The notes beneath the pieces are model-generated. The model was not told the DNA's origin. It saw only the letters and a list, made by a program, of their open reading frames with translations, and ran no database searches. Position numbers and translations under genes: made by a program. Of a stretch of 52,948 bases of DNA, positions 9,684 through 19,718 are shown piece by piece (position 1 is the stretch's first letter; every line of letters begins with the position of its first letter). Source of the stretch: Thermoproteota archaeon (GTDB lineage Archaea > Thermoproteota > EX4484-205 > JAAOZP01); contig JAWCMB010000005.1 of NCBI GenBank assembly GCA_038850115.1, positions 1-52,948 of the forward strand, given 5' to 3'.

Positions 9684-9791
9684 GGACAAAGGGCCCAAGT
9701 ATTGTCATAACTCTTCAAGAGAACTTAGATTAGCTATTGAACAACATTTTAAAGGAAATATTTTTATTTACCCAAGGGTGCTAAGCTACCG

Positions 9792-9884
9792 GGACCCGTA
9801 GCTCAACCTGGTTAGAGCGCTGGGCTTTTAAACCAAATACGTGGAGACACCCAGATGTTGCGGGTTCAATTCCCGCCGGGTCCG
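9792..9884 (+). tRNA. tRNA-Lys(TTT) with 18-nt intron at 37/38 (9831..9848)
   Basis: GGACCCG/CGGGTCC acceptor, CTGGG-CTTTTA|intron|A-CCCAG; BHB helix CUUU/GGAG. Confidence 0.92.
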
Positions 9885-9948
9885 TTATCTTTCAATCACA
9901 TAACATTCGAGAAAAAATTTAATAGCTGGCTTAAGAATGAAGAGACAA

Positions 9949-10042
9949 GGGCCAGTGGCCCAGCCTGGTTAAGGCGCCCGGCTGATAACCGGGAGATCGC
10001 CGGTTCGAAAGCAATGCACTGCCGAAAATCCGGCCTGGCCCA
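9949..10042 (+). tRNA. tRNA-Ile(GAT) with 19-nt non-canonical intron at 59/60 (10010..10028)
   Basis: Cloverleaf with CCCGG-CTGATAA-CCGGG; T-loop interrupted by a perfect BHB (UUCG/CGAA helix, two 3-nt bulges, GCA/UGC outer helix). Confidence 0.92.
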
Positions 10043-10280
10043 CTTGCTCTTCTGTAAGGTTTTTTACCGTTATGCTTAATGGCTCTAGTCAAGTCTTGCT
10101 GAGATAAAGATCTCTTCCGACTGCTATCGCTTAATGCCCGGCGATTTTTACATATTGCAATTTCAGCATAAAGCCCGTCGAAACGTCGCTCTGCGTATCA
10201 ACAGGTTCTCACAATTCCATTAGCAAGCCGCATTATTCTCGGGAAACAAAGTAGCGATAGCTTGAAAGACATAAAGAAGC

Positions 10281-10596
10281 GGGCGGCAGCCCCATGGAGG
10301 TCGAGCCCCTCCGACGCAACCAGCATGCAACAGGTTTACCCTCCAGCCACCTCTTACCAACGCAGGTAGCTTACCTTACCGCTGCTCCCTCCCGGGCCTA
10401 GCGGGTTCGGTAATCAGGCAGACACGCCTGCCCTACGGCGGGCGAGGCTGCTACTCCTGCCCGGTAGGGATGGCTTTCACAGACCTGCTGTAGCCGGCTG
10501 CATTGAGGCAGCCCTGTCTCCATGGTTATCGGCTCCCCGCGTGTCGCCAGTTTCGGGTTCAGGGAATGGCGAGCTCCCCGAGCCTACCTGCCACCC
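10281..10596 (-). ncRNA. ffs: Archaeal SRP (7S) RNA
   Basis: About 316 nt, terminal pairing GGGUGGCAG/CUGCCGCCC, helix-8 motif AGGCCCGGGAGGGAGCAGC. Confidence 0.92.
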
Positions 10597-10719
10597 AAGG
10601 AAAGATTGCGAGAGGCATCATAAATATATTTCCGTCGGCGCCACCTCTATTTTAATAGTTGAAGCGCAGGGCTTAGATGGATACTTTAATAAGCACCTTT
10701 TAACCCTAGCATCAGAATC

Positions 10720-11772
10720 ATGAAAAAAGAGTCTAAGGCTCGGAAGAACATAGTTGGTCTAGCTCTTGAAATACTCGGGCAGGTGGAGGAAAGGCAACCG
10801 CCTTCGCTCGAAATCCCTCTGAGGACTGTTGATAACATCATCTTCGACGAGAAAAAGGGTCATTACGTTCTGGGGCCTAAGAAGGCGGTTCGCACCTCCC
10901 GTAACGTAAAGCACTTGAAGCCTTTGACGCAACTCGTATGGGTTGCAAGCCTAGCTAGGAAGCTGATTGACGAGGATAAGACTAGTACTCTTAGAGATGT
11001 TTTCTACATGGCTGAGGGCGTGGACCTTGGTTTTGAGGATCAGAGCGAGTCAGACAGGATAATAACCGAGCTTGAATCTGTAGTAGGCTCGCCTAGGGAG
11101 GATTTCAATGTTTACCCTGAGGAGAGGAGTGCTATATTTGCCGACCTAACCATCCAGTATACTGTGAAGGGCTACGAGGGTAAGAGGATCAATTTAACTT
11201 CCCACCCTGACGGTTTGATGATAGGTCCTGCGCTGGCCACAGCCAAGTTCGTGAAAACCTCAGCCGACAAGGTTCTTTGCATTGAGAAGGGTGCCATGTT
11301 CACAAGGTTTGTTGAGGAGAAGGCGTGGAAAAAATACAACGCTATTCTGATCCATACTGCTGGGCAGGCTCCCCGTGCCACGCGGCGCCTTATAAGGAGG
11401 CTTAACGTGGAGCTAGACTTGCCTGTGTATATTTTCACTGACGCAGATCCATGGGGGCTGCATATCGCGCAAGTCATAATCTCAGGCTCAGCTAATGCTG
11501 CGCATGTTCCTGAGCTAGCTACACCGAAGGCTAGGTGGATGGGCGTCTACGCTTCAGACATAGAGGAGTATAGGCTTCCAAGCACCAAGCTTCTAGACGT
11601 GGACATCAAAAGGCTGAACGAGCTTAAGAAGGATAAAAGGTATGCTAAAGACCCGTGGAAAAGGGAGATAGACAGGTTCTTCGAAATAAAGAGGAAGGCT
11701 GAGCAGGAAGCATTCAGCAAGTACGGCTTATCATTCATGGTCGACGTGTATCTTAAGAAAAGACTGGCGTAA
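10720..11772 (+). CDS. top6A: DNA topoisomerase VI subunit A
   Basis: STLRDVFY catalytic Tyr, TOPRIM IEKGAMF and DADPWG motifs, KAEQEA tail. Confidence 0.93.
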   Translation: MKKESKARKNIVGLALEILGQVEERQPPSLEIPLRTVDNIIFDEKKGHYVLGPKKAVRTSRNVKHLKPLTQLVWVASLARKLIDEDKTSTLRDVFYMAEGVDLGFEDQSESDRIITELESVVGSPREDFNVYPEERSAIFADLTIQYTVKGYEGKRINLTSHPDGLMIGPALATAKFVKTSADKVLCIEKGAMFTRFVEEKAWKKYNAILIHTAGQAPRATRRLIRRLNVELDLPVYIFTDADPWGLHIAQVIISGSANAAHVPELATPKARWMGVYASDIEEYRLPSTKLLDVDIKRLNELKKDKRYAKDPWKREIDRFFEIKRKAEQEAFSKYGLSFMVDVYLKKRLA

Positions 11773-11803
11773 AATAATGGGCTAATGTTCAAATGTAGGG
11801 GAA

Positions 11804-12037
11804 ATGCTTCGGAGAAAGATTTATCTTGAGGATTTAAAGCGTAAAGGCGATTTGAAAGCAAGCGTCGTTGCGGCGAAACTGTTCGCAGCCCTATTAACCT
11901 GTTGTGGAGCCGTACTGCTATACTACACTGTGAACACGGGGGATGCTCTAGGCATAACATATCCTTTTTTCATGTTTACAGGCATAGTGATAACGCTTCT
12001 AGGAGTAATCGGACTTATTTTCAGGCTTAGAGAATAG
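11804..12037 (+). CDS. Small two-TM membrane protein
   Basis: Two hydrophobic segments; follows top6A co-directionally. Confidence 0.5.
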   Translation: MLRRKIYLEDLKRKGDLKASVVAAKLFAALLTCCGAVLLYYTVNTGDALGITYPFFMFTGIVITLLGVIGLIFRLRE

Positions 12038-12223
12038 AAAATATTTTAGGCTCAGACATTTAACGTTTAGCCGCGTCGGCGTAGCGTGCAGACAATTCTC
12101 ATCTAGAGCGTTAAGTTGATGAAATAAGAGCGTGCAGTTTTCCGGATTTTTAAAGATGAACCCGATAAGTGGCTGACGGCTTTAGATAGAACAGTCTACG
12201 CGCTACGAGAGAAACTCAAGGAT

Positions 12224-13084
12224 TTACTTCTAGATGCGTTTCCAACCAGTTTACAGCAAGTTCAACCCATTTTGCCACGGAAGGATTTACCTGTTCAGGA
12301 GTTCTGGCAACAGTTTTATCGGCCAGTGAAAGTCCATGACCTCCTTTTTCGAAAGACGTGGAATTCAAAGGATACTTTGTTCTTTGCAAGAGCGTTTACA
12401 TACGTGATTACACTCTCAACTGGGACATATTTGTCATCGGCTGTGATCCAACAAACGTTGGAGGGGTGTTTCTATCAACGTAATACACCGCACTGATCTC
12501 TTTCAGTTTCTCCAGCGACATATCTTCAGAGCAATCGTCACAGAAGTGGATTTGAAGAACATTTCTGCAGCTATGCCACCGCTTTTCTTAAAAATTTCAT
12601 ACATGGTTACGTAATCGACACCGGGATAAGCCAGTATAACTGCGTTTGGTTTCAGCATTTCCTTCGGAACTCCCATCGGTCTGCTTAGCCAATCTCTATG
12701 CCAGTAAACACTGTAGAGGGCTGCCATAGCTCCCCCGGCTGAGAATCCAGCAACAACAATTTTATCGGGGTCCACGTTCCATTTCTCCGCATTACGCCTA
12801 ATGAGAACTATCGCATTCGCAAGATCATATATAACATCGGGGTACACTTTCTTAACTCCCATGCTTGCAGTAGTATACCTCAGTACAAAGGCATTGTACC
12901 CTTTTGAGAGAAAGACAGATGCGACGGGTTCCGCTTCCCTGTCGGATGTGAAGAGGAACGTTTCCCCAGGGCAGATCACAACTGCCGGTCTTTTCTCCCA
13001 CTCAATTTCTGGAGACGTATCAAGGATATATGTGGTCAATGTCACTGGCCTGTCTTCCCTCAGGCGAATAGCTTCGATCTTCAT
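12224..13084 (-). pseudogene. Frameshifted alpha/beta-hydrolase (acetylxylan/BD-FAE-like esterase)
   Basis: GFSAGG nucleophile elbow in the ORF. Joining three frames gives ...VDRNTPPTFVWITADDKYVPVES...FHVFEKGGHGLSLA...WVELAVNWLETHLEV*; shifts near 12545, 12450 and 12350. Confidence 0.8.
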
Positions 13085-13196
13085 GACGGCCCCTCTTCCT
13101 TTTCAGACCCTCACAATAATATTAATGTTTTAGGCATTGCGGCCCGCCGGGTTTCGAGTGAAAGATAGATTCTGACCCTCTTCCCTAAGCCAAATT

Positions 13197-13697
13197 CTAA
13201 TCTAATAGCTCCTTTTCAGGAAACATCCCCCAGAAAGGTTTCAACCACTCGGAAACCTTATCTTTAAGATCGCTTCCTCCACTTCCGTAAACCACAAATT
13301 CTGGGAAGAATTTAGAATTGGGGCATAAAGCCTTGATACCGTCTATCACTTTTTGTTTACCGCCACCTCCATGGGTGCAGAAGGGAATTACCGTTTTTCC
13401 TGACAGGTCATATTGAGATAGGAAAGACGCAACCGGTGGTGCGAGCGACCCCCACCAGTTGGGGGATCCAACGAAGATTATTTCGTAAGATTCAATGTTG
13501 TCGATTTTCGTCTTCAAAGGAGGTTTATGACCTGATCGAATCTCTCTTTTAGCTTGTTCCACTGTTGCGTCGTAAGATCCAGGATAAGGGTTTACAGGTT
13601 CCAGTTCAACGATATCGCCATCCAAGAGCCTATGAATCATCCTTGCTATTCTACGTGTGTTACCGGACCAACTGTAATACACAGTAAGAATTTTCAT
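13197..13697 (-). CDS. Flavodoxin
   Basis: YYSWSGNT FMN-binding loop, GSPNWWG, FCTHGGGG. Confidence 0.88.
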   Translation of the reverse strand: MKILTVYYSWSGNTRRIARMIHRLLDGDIVELEPVNPYPGSYDATVEQAKREIRSGHKPPLKTKIDNIESYEIIFVGSPNWWGSLAPPVASFLSQYDLSGKTVIPFCTHGGGGKQKVIDGIKALCPNSKFFPEFVVYGSGGSDLKDKVSEWLKPFWGMFPEKELLD

Positions 13698-14014
13698 ACC
13701 TGACCACTCCCAAATATCTTTGAAGGGTGATCAATATCCTTCAAAGACGCCCCCGATGTCCTTACAAGCCTGTTGAAAACTACAACACTCGTCTCCTCGC
13801 TAAAACTCCTCCTCAGTTTCTTCCTTGTAGGAGACAAGTCAGAATAATCCCGGAAGAAATCCATCCTCCTAAGTTCAGGGTTCACCATCTTCGTCCTATA
13901 TCAATGATTAAAGCCGGCTTTTAAGCATAGCTGTTTTCTAATCTTAACAGAAGGCTTGTTTCACACTCTTCTCATAATAAATCATGTGTAAGTCGACAGG
14001 ATGAGTATGAAAGC

Positions 14015-14157
14015 CGCCGGCGGGAAGAATTCCGACACTTTATATATTTATTTTTCTCGAACTTCCGACCAACGGGTCTATGCCCGTTGCGCGTAGCGCG
14101 CGACGGTTAACAGCCCGCTGCTTTAGGCTGTTGAACTACCTGCTGAGCTACGCCGGC
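14015..14157 (-). tRNA. tRNA-Asn(GTT) with three introns: 22/23 (14123..14135), 37/38 (14078..14107), 59/60 (14029..14055)
   Basis: Removing three BHB-bounded segments yields GCCGGCG TA GCTC AGCAGGTA GAGC A GCGGG CTGTTAA CCCGT TGGTC GGAAG TTCGAGT CTTCC CGCCGGC G. Confidence 0.88.
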
Positions 14158-14274
14158 GGCCGGTCTTATCCGTTACGAAGGGGATTAAATAGTTTTCTGT
14201 TTTACAGGCTTTAAAAGAAGACCTGTTATGCCTCTCTATGGGCATTCGTTTTTAGCGGCCGGTTTATCGCCGGG

Positions 14275-16984
14275 CTATTGGGTTGGTGGTGCTTCAGGGC
14301 CGGGGGGTGCCTCTGGGGGTGGTGGGGGAGGCATTTTGCGGCGTTTACTGTATAACCATATTATTAGGATGATTACTATGATTAAAACCAGTATTAGTGT
14401 GGTTGAAAGCCATAGTGGGATCGTAACACTATAGGTGAGTTCCTCGGAGACGCTTATGTTTCCACTGTTGTCGGCCGCGTAGACTCTGTAGGAAACCTTG
14501 GCGAATGGAGGCTGCCTCGGGATTATTGCTGAATAAGTGTTTAGTCCAACGAGCTTCGCGGACACGTTTCCCCCTGTGGCTCCAGACCTATACTGATCTG
14601 ACTCCTGTACCCCTGTCGGTAACTATACACGCGATTTGCACGTCCTCCATGAAGGTCGCTTCCTTAGGCTGTTGCGTAATGTTGGAAATGACTGGTGGAA
14701 TATCATCTGAGACTAGGAAGCTTATCGAGGGCAGTTGTCTTTCAATCCCGTTTATAAGGAGGATTGAGGCAGTTATGCTCCAGTTGCCTACAGCGGAGGG
14801 GTCTGTCTGTGGAAAAGAGAGTTCTCTGACGAATCTCCCGCCTTCTTGGTCGAACATAACTATCTTGGTTGAGCCGTTTGGGGATGTTAAAACAAACTTA
14901 GCTGAGCTTATTAGGGAAATGTTTGAAGAGGTTAGTTCAACAGTGACTGTGGGTGAGCTTAATGGGACAATCTTCCTATCGGTGGACACGGAGGTTCTTA
15001 GAACATTAAAGTAAGCCCTCGTCATTCCTATTCTAAGACCATCTGAAGACTTGTAAGTGGCACTGACTAAGTACTGTCCCCTCTTGCTTAAATAGAGATC
15101 TCCCGTGGTCGCTCCGTTTTGGTCAAGCTGGTTTAACGACTGGTTGAACAAAACTCCTTCAGGTCCAACAACACGGATTGAGATTACTCCAGCAGGGAAA
15201 CTTGGAATGGCGGATGCTGCTCTAGCCTCTATCCTTACAGTATCGTTCTCCAAGAAGATCGATGAGAAAACATTTATCCACCTGAGCCTTATGTAGGCGG
15301 CCCGAGTCTCCAAATAGTTGTCTGCTTTAACATGGATTTCAGCTCTGCCTGAGTAAGTGTTCGACGCTCCCATTAGGATTCCGCTTATCGTTACCTCATC
15401 GTTCGCAATGGATACGGATGGTGTCCCACCGCCTGAACCCGGAGTAATGAACGCTCTTTGAATAACCCAGTCTCTTGGAACCGGGCCTATTTTAATTGTT
15501 ACGGAAGAGTAGGGCGGGGCTGCAAAAGAGAAGTTTGCGTTAAAAATATTCCAAGACGCGTTGGTGAGGGGTGAAACAGTGTAGTTTGAATAGAATTCTG
15601 GTCCCGGTGAGGAAACTTCCAAAGTGTAGTTAAAACTAACCGTGAAATTCAGGAACCCGTAGGAGGGTGAAGCTGGAGAATAGAAGAAGAGCGGGTAGGT
15701 GATCTTTAAACTATGTTCCCTTTGTTCAACCCCGTAGGCCGGCAAAGCATACAGGTTACCATAGGCATCTCCAACGTATGCTTCCCATGCTCCTCCACCT
15801 ATCTCCCATTCTCCCCAAGGCTTCCCCGCATTGTCCGTGAAGACCGATAGTAGGGCGAAGGGTCTGAAGAAGGGTGGTGGATGATTATCATCATAGGATG
15901 TTCTACTCTGGTCTACCGACATTAAATCAGAGGATATCTCAACCGCGCCTCCCGAGAAGCTTGTCGATCCCTGAACAGATGTCCGAAACGCCAACTCGTC
16001 AAAGGGTAATGCTAAGTACACCTCGGGGATCTCTCTGGCTCCGAAAACAAGTGAATTAACCTTCATTAATATGCTGCTTCTAGGTATGTTCCGGCCATGA
16101 AAATAGAGTCGGTAATTTTTTAGGAGAAGGGGTTTAGACCATGTGGTGAAACTTGTTGAATAGGTGCTGCTTGCTGGGTGAGTAAGTACTCCTTCAAGCA
16201 TCCTCCCAGTTATATTTTCTACATTGCCGGAGGTTGTATTGAAGAATCTAGCGTTGCCCTGAGCGTTATCATCAGCATCCTTAGAGTCGGGCATTATTTT
16301 TACGTCGAGACCCGATCCGGTTTCCCAGGATACTTCAAGCCTGTAGACCTCACCTGCTTTCAAGATTCTTGGGGTCATCATCTTCAGGGTTATCCACCAA
16401 TCATATGGGCCTATTACGGTTACTGATTCCGTAGAGGTTCCGAAACTAATCATTCCATAGTTCCATATTTCTGCATGAAGCTTTACGCTTCCAGAGTAAA
16501 CCCTTACAACCAGCCAAACATATTTTACTTCGAAATTATCATAGGACGAGGGAACTGTAAAATTCTGAATAATCAGAGGATAAGTACTGTTGATTCTGAA
16601 ATAGTTTTCATCGACGAAAGTAGTGTAACGGATCTGAAAAACCTCGTTCCAAAAAAGGGGGTAGCCATCGTTAATGGTGCTTTGATAGTCTCTTGTCGTC
16701 CAGTAGAGGTCTGACCATGCTGCGGGGCTGAATGTTCCGAATACAATGGAATCCTCAGGCGTAGGATAATCGATTTTATCTGAGGCGTTTTGATAACCTG
16801 ACAGGATAACCTTTTTCTTGGCGAAAGTAGCTAAGGAACTCTGCATGACTATTCTGGATTGTAAAACTGGGCCGGATCCTTCGAAAGCCTCCGGAGAAGC
16901 TTCGGAAGCGATTTTATTTCGTGGATGAAATACTTGCGTAATCAGCAGTAGGGTGAAGAGCATCATCAATATGATTCTCTTCAT
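14275..16984 (-). pseudogene. Large secreted/surface protein with C-terminal TM anchor and Pro-rich tail, split by a frameshift near 14590
   Basis: Signal peptide; beta-rich body with many NxS/T sequons; Ig-like DDIPPVISNI...YSAIIP...YRVYAADNSGN module split between ORFs 14588..16984 and 14275..14565; then TM and PPPPPEAPPGPEAPP. Confidence 0.7.
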
Positions 16985-17195
16985 CTTTATATGAAACGCT
17001 TTGAAAGTATAAAAGAATTATTTAACATGAATAAACCAACATAAGTTCATGATTTTCCGGTAATCTTTACGAAAGCGCTTGGTTACGGGGGTCGACAGCA
17101 ACAGTCTATCTTAAGATTATGATAATATTTATATTGCTGCTTATTAGAAGCACGTTAATGGATGGCTTCATTGTTAAACGAGGGAGAAACGTTTA

Positions 17196-18245
17196 ATGAT
17201 TAATGTTAATTATGATAAGAAGGTTTTAGAGATTAGGCCGTTCTCAGGAGAGGAGTTGTGGAAGGCTTACCATCTTATTGACGAGGGTGACTTGGCTTCA
17301 GCGGAAACTGTGCGCATATTAAAGATTAATGAGGGCGAGAAGAGCAGGCGCAAGGCTCTTCTGAAAATAATGGTTGAAAATGTTGAGTTTGAAGTCTCGT
17401 CGGAAACAATTAAGCTTAGGGGGAGAGTTTTAGAATGCCCGGAGGACATTGAAGGTGTTCTCGGCCACTATCATACTCTTACTATAGGCGTCGGGGACAG
17501 GGTTGTAGTTGAGAAGCAGGAGCTCTCTCCCATCCATAGGAAGATTCTAAGCCGGGATGTGAATACGAAGAAGTATATTGTCGTGGCGGTCGAGCTTGGA
17601 ACCGCTACGCTGGCCGTCGTGAAGGACTATGGGGTTGTTGAGAGCCTTGAGGTTGAGCAGGATATTCCTGGGAAAAACTTTCCCGAGGAGCGTGAAGCCT
17701 TAGCCATAAGGTTTTTCCACGAGGTTTCGAAGACTCTTAGAAGCGTCTGGATTAAGGAAGGTAAGCCGAAGATAATCCTAATAGGCCCCAGCGTCACGCG
17801 CGAAGCCCTTTTGAAATTCATGGAGGACAAGTATAGGGATCTCCAAGCCTTTATAACTGGCAGTTTCCACTCCTCCGGGGGAACAATATCGGCTGTAAAC
17901 GAATTTCTGAGGAGTAACGAGATGAAGGTTGTGGCGAGGGAGTTGAAGGTTGTCGACGAGATAACAGCTGTAGAAAGCTTCTTTAATAGCCTGGTTGAGG
18001 ATAAGGCTGTCTACGGTCTGGAGGAAACCTGGAAAGCTGTTGAAAAAGGGGCGGTAAGCCAGCTGATAATACACGTTAAGTTGGCCTCCCAGTCAGGCTC
18101 CTTGAGAGAAAGGGTGATGGGGATGATAAGGCTTGTTGAACAGTTCGGCGGAGAAGTAACCATAGTTAGCGGTAGACACGAATCGGCGGAGAAACTCAGG
18201 AGGATCGGCGGCATAGGGGGAATTTTAAGATACAGGCTCTATTAA
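17196..18245 (+). CDS. pelA: Pelota/aDom34 ribosome rescue factor
   Basis: ELWKAYHLIDEGD, GHYHTLTI, eRF1-like domains 2/3, GGIGGILRY terminus. Confidence 0.92.
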   Translation: MINVNYDKKVLEIRPFSGEELWKAYHLIDEGDLASAETVRILKINEGEKSRRKALLKIMVENVEFEVSSETIKLRGRVLECPEDIEGVLGHYHTLTIGVGDRVVVEKQELSPIHRKILSRDVNTKKYIVVAVELGTATLAVVKDYGVVESLEVEQDIPGKNFPEEREALAIRFFHEVSKTLRSVWIKEGKPKIILIGPSVTREALLKFMEDKYRDLQAFITGSFHSSGGTISAVNEFLRSNEMKVVARELKVVDEITAVESFFNSLVEDKAVYGLEETWKAVEKGAVSQLIIHVKLASQSGSLRERVMGMIRLVEQFGGEVTIVSGRHESAEKLRRIGGIGGILRYRLY

Positions 18246-18664
18246 GTTAACAATAACAATAATATTCTGTTTTGAACTGGTTAAACCTGATAAGACTTTT
18301 AAAGTCGTGCAGTATATTTTCACGTCAGGATGGGGGAGGATTCCGCTGTTCGCTCACGAGTTTAAAAACGGATTAAGAGGATCTAGGGACCTGTATAAGG
18401 GGAAGCCCAGTAGCATACTATTCCTAGCTCTATTCACACTCTCATTGCATCACATTACTCTTTGGCGAGGTTTATCTTATTATCGCTCGATTCGGATTGG
18501 TTTCCCAAGTAATTTACACAATGGTTTTGATGGTGCTGATACTGCCGTTTTACGCGTGGGATTTACAATCTGATTAAATAGTACAGGAAGAATAGGCAAA
18601 CATTAGAATCAGTTCAAGCTCAGTTTAAACAGAATCAATTCAGCATGGTGTCTGTTAAACCCAA

Positions 18665-18958
18665 TTAATCCCTGTTTATCCGCTCGTTGATGCTTTCTTC
18701 GTTGATGTGTTTCCTGATGTAAACCAGTATCTTCTCTTCTTTAACTACTGCATTAGCTGCGTCTTTAACCATCAGGGCCAGGATTTCTGCCAGGGGGCAG
18801 AAAGGCGTTGTTGCAACGAATTCCACGATTATGCTGCCATCTTCCCTTCTAACGTCTTTGATAAGGTTTAGTTCTCCAAGGGTTAGTCCTATCTCAGGGT
18901 CGACAACATTGGAAACCGCCTTCTTAACCTCTGAAAGCACGTCAGACTCCTTGCTCAT
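18665..18958 (-). CDS. DUF59/SufT/MIP18-family Fe-S maturation protein
   Basis: VVDPEIG...LGELNLI...TTPFCPLA motif. Confidence 0.85.
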   Translation of the reverse strand: MSKESDVLSEVKKAVSNVVDPEIGLTLGELNLIKDVRREDGSIIVEFVATTPFCPLAEILALMVKDAANAVVKEEKILVYIRKHINEESINERINRD

Positions 18959-19655
18959 GCTTCTTCCTCCTAGCCTCGTATTCTTCCCTAGTAATATATA
19001 TTCTTGCCGGTACGCCTAGGACAACAGTGTTTGGAGGAACATCCCTAGTTACCACGGAGCCCGCTGCAACCACAGAATTATCGCCAACCCGTACTCCAGA
19101 TATGAGCGTTGAGTTAGCCCCTATCACGCAGCCGTTGCCTATAACAACAGGAGTCAGCCTGCCTGAAACCGGGTAGCGATCATTAGTGACGCACGCGTAG
19201 GGCCCGATGAAAACGTTTTCGCCAACAACAGTGCCGTGTGGAAGATACACGCCTGACTGTATTCTAACGTTGTTACCTATTGAAACGCTTCCGTCGAGCA
19301 TCGACCCAGTTCCTATTAAACAGTTATCCCCAATCCTGCTTCCCTCCCTTACTAAAATATTGTGGCCGGTTACAAGGCTCTTACCTATAACAATGTCTTC
19401 GTAAACCACGCTTCCAGACCTTATTAGGCATGTGGAGCCTATTTTCGCACCGTTCGACAATTCGTCGAGAACACTGAGGTCTTCAGGCATTTCTCTTAAG
19501 CTTGAAAAACTCCTCTTAGAAGGATACCCTATTATCGTGTTGAAACCGATGTAGGTTCCCTCCCCTATCTCGCTCCCCCCCAGAACCAGATTGTTCCCCT
19601 CAAACCTGACAGTCCTATGGATAACCGCCTTCTTCGACACGTAGTTTTGAAGCAT
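18942..19655 (-). CDS. Hexapeptide-repeat N-acyltransferase (WbpD/WlbB-like sugar-nucleotide acetyltransferase)
   Basis: Left-handed beta-helix repeats, VFIGPYACVTNDRYP, IGANSTL, GSVVTRDVP...GVPAR. Confidence 0.8.
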   Translation of the reverse strand: MLQNYVSKKAVIHRTVRFEGNNLVLGGSEIGEGTYIGFNTIIGYPSKRSFSSLREMPEDLSVLDELSNGAKIGSTCLIRSGSVVYEDIVIGKSLVTGHNILVREGSRIGDNCLIGTGSMLDGSVSIGNNVRIQSGVYLPHGTVVGENVFIGPYACVTNDRYPVSGRLTPVVIGNGCVIGANSTLISGVRVGDNSVVAAGSVVTRDVPPNTVVLGVPARIYITREEYEARRKKHEQGV

Positions 19656-19718
19656 CGTTTAAGCTTCAGCCAGGCTTTAAAATAAAGATTTTTAACCCTC
19701 GCGTAAATACGGCTAGCG

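Noticed and set aside
13694-13888. 64-aa ORF upstream of flavodoxin
   Set aside because: No motif; may be a fragment, not supportable.
18307-18577. ORF, or an antiporter-like remnant (GEVYLIIARFGLVS...) in another frame
   Set aside because: Short, broken, resemblance too weak to call.
18605-18645. Weak CAG periodicity
   Set aside because: Irregular spacing and low identity; unlike the 39.2/40.1 kb arrays.
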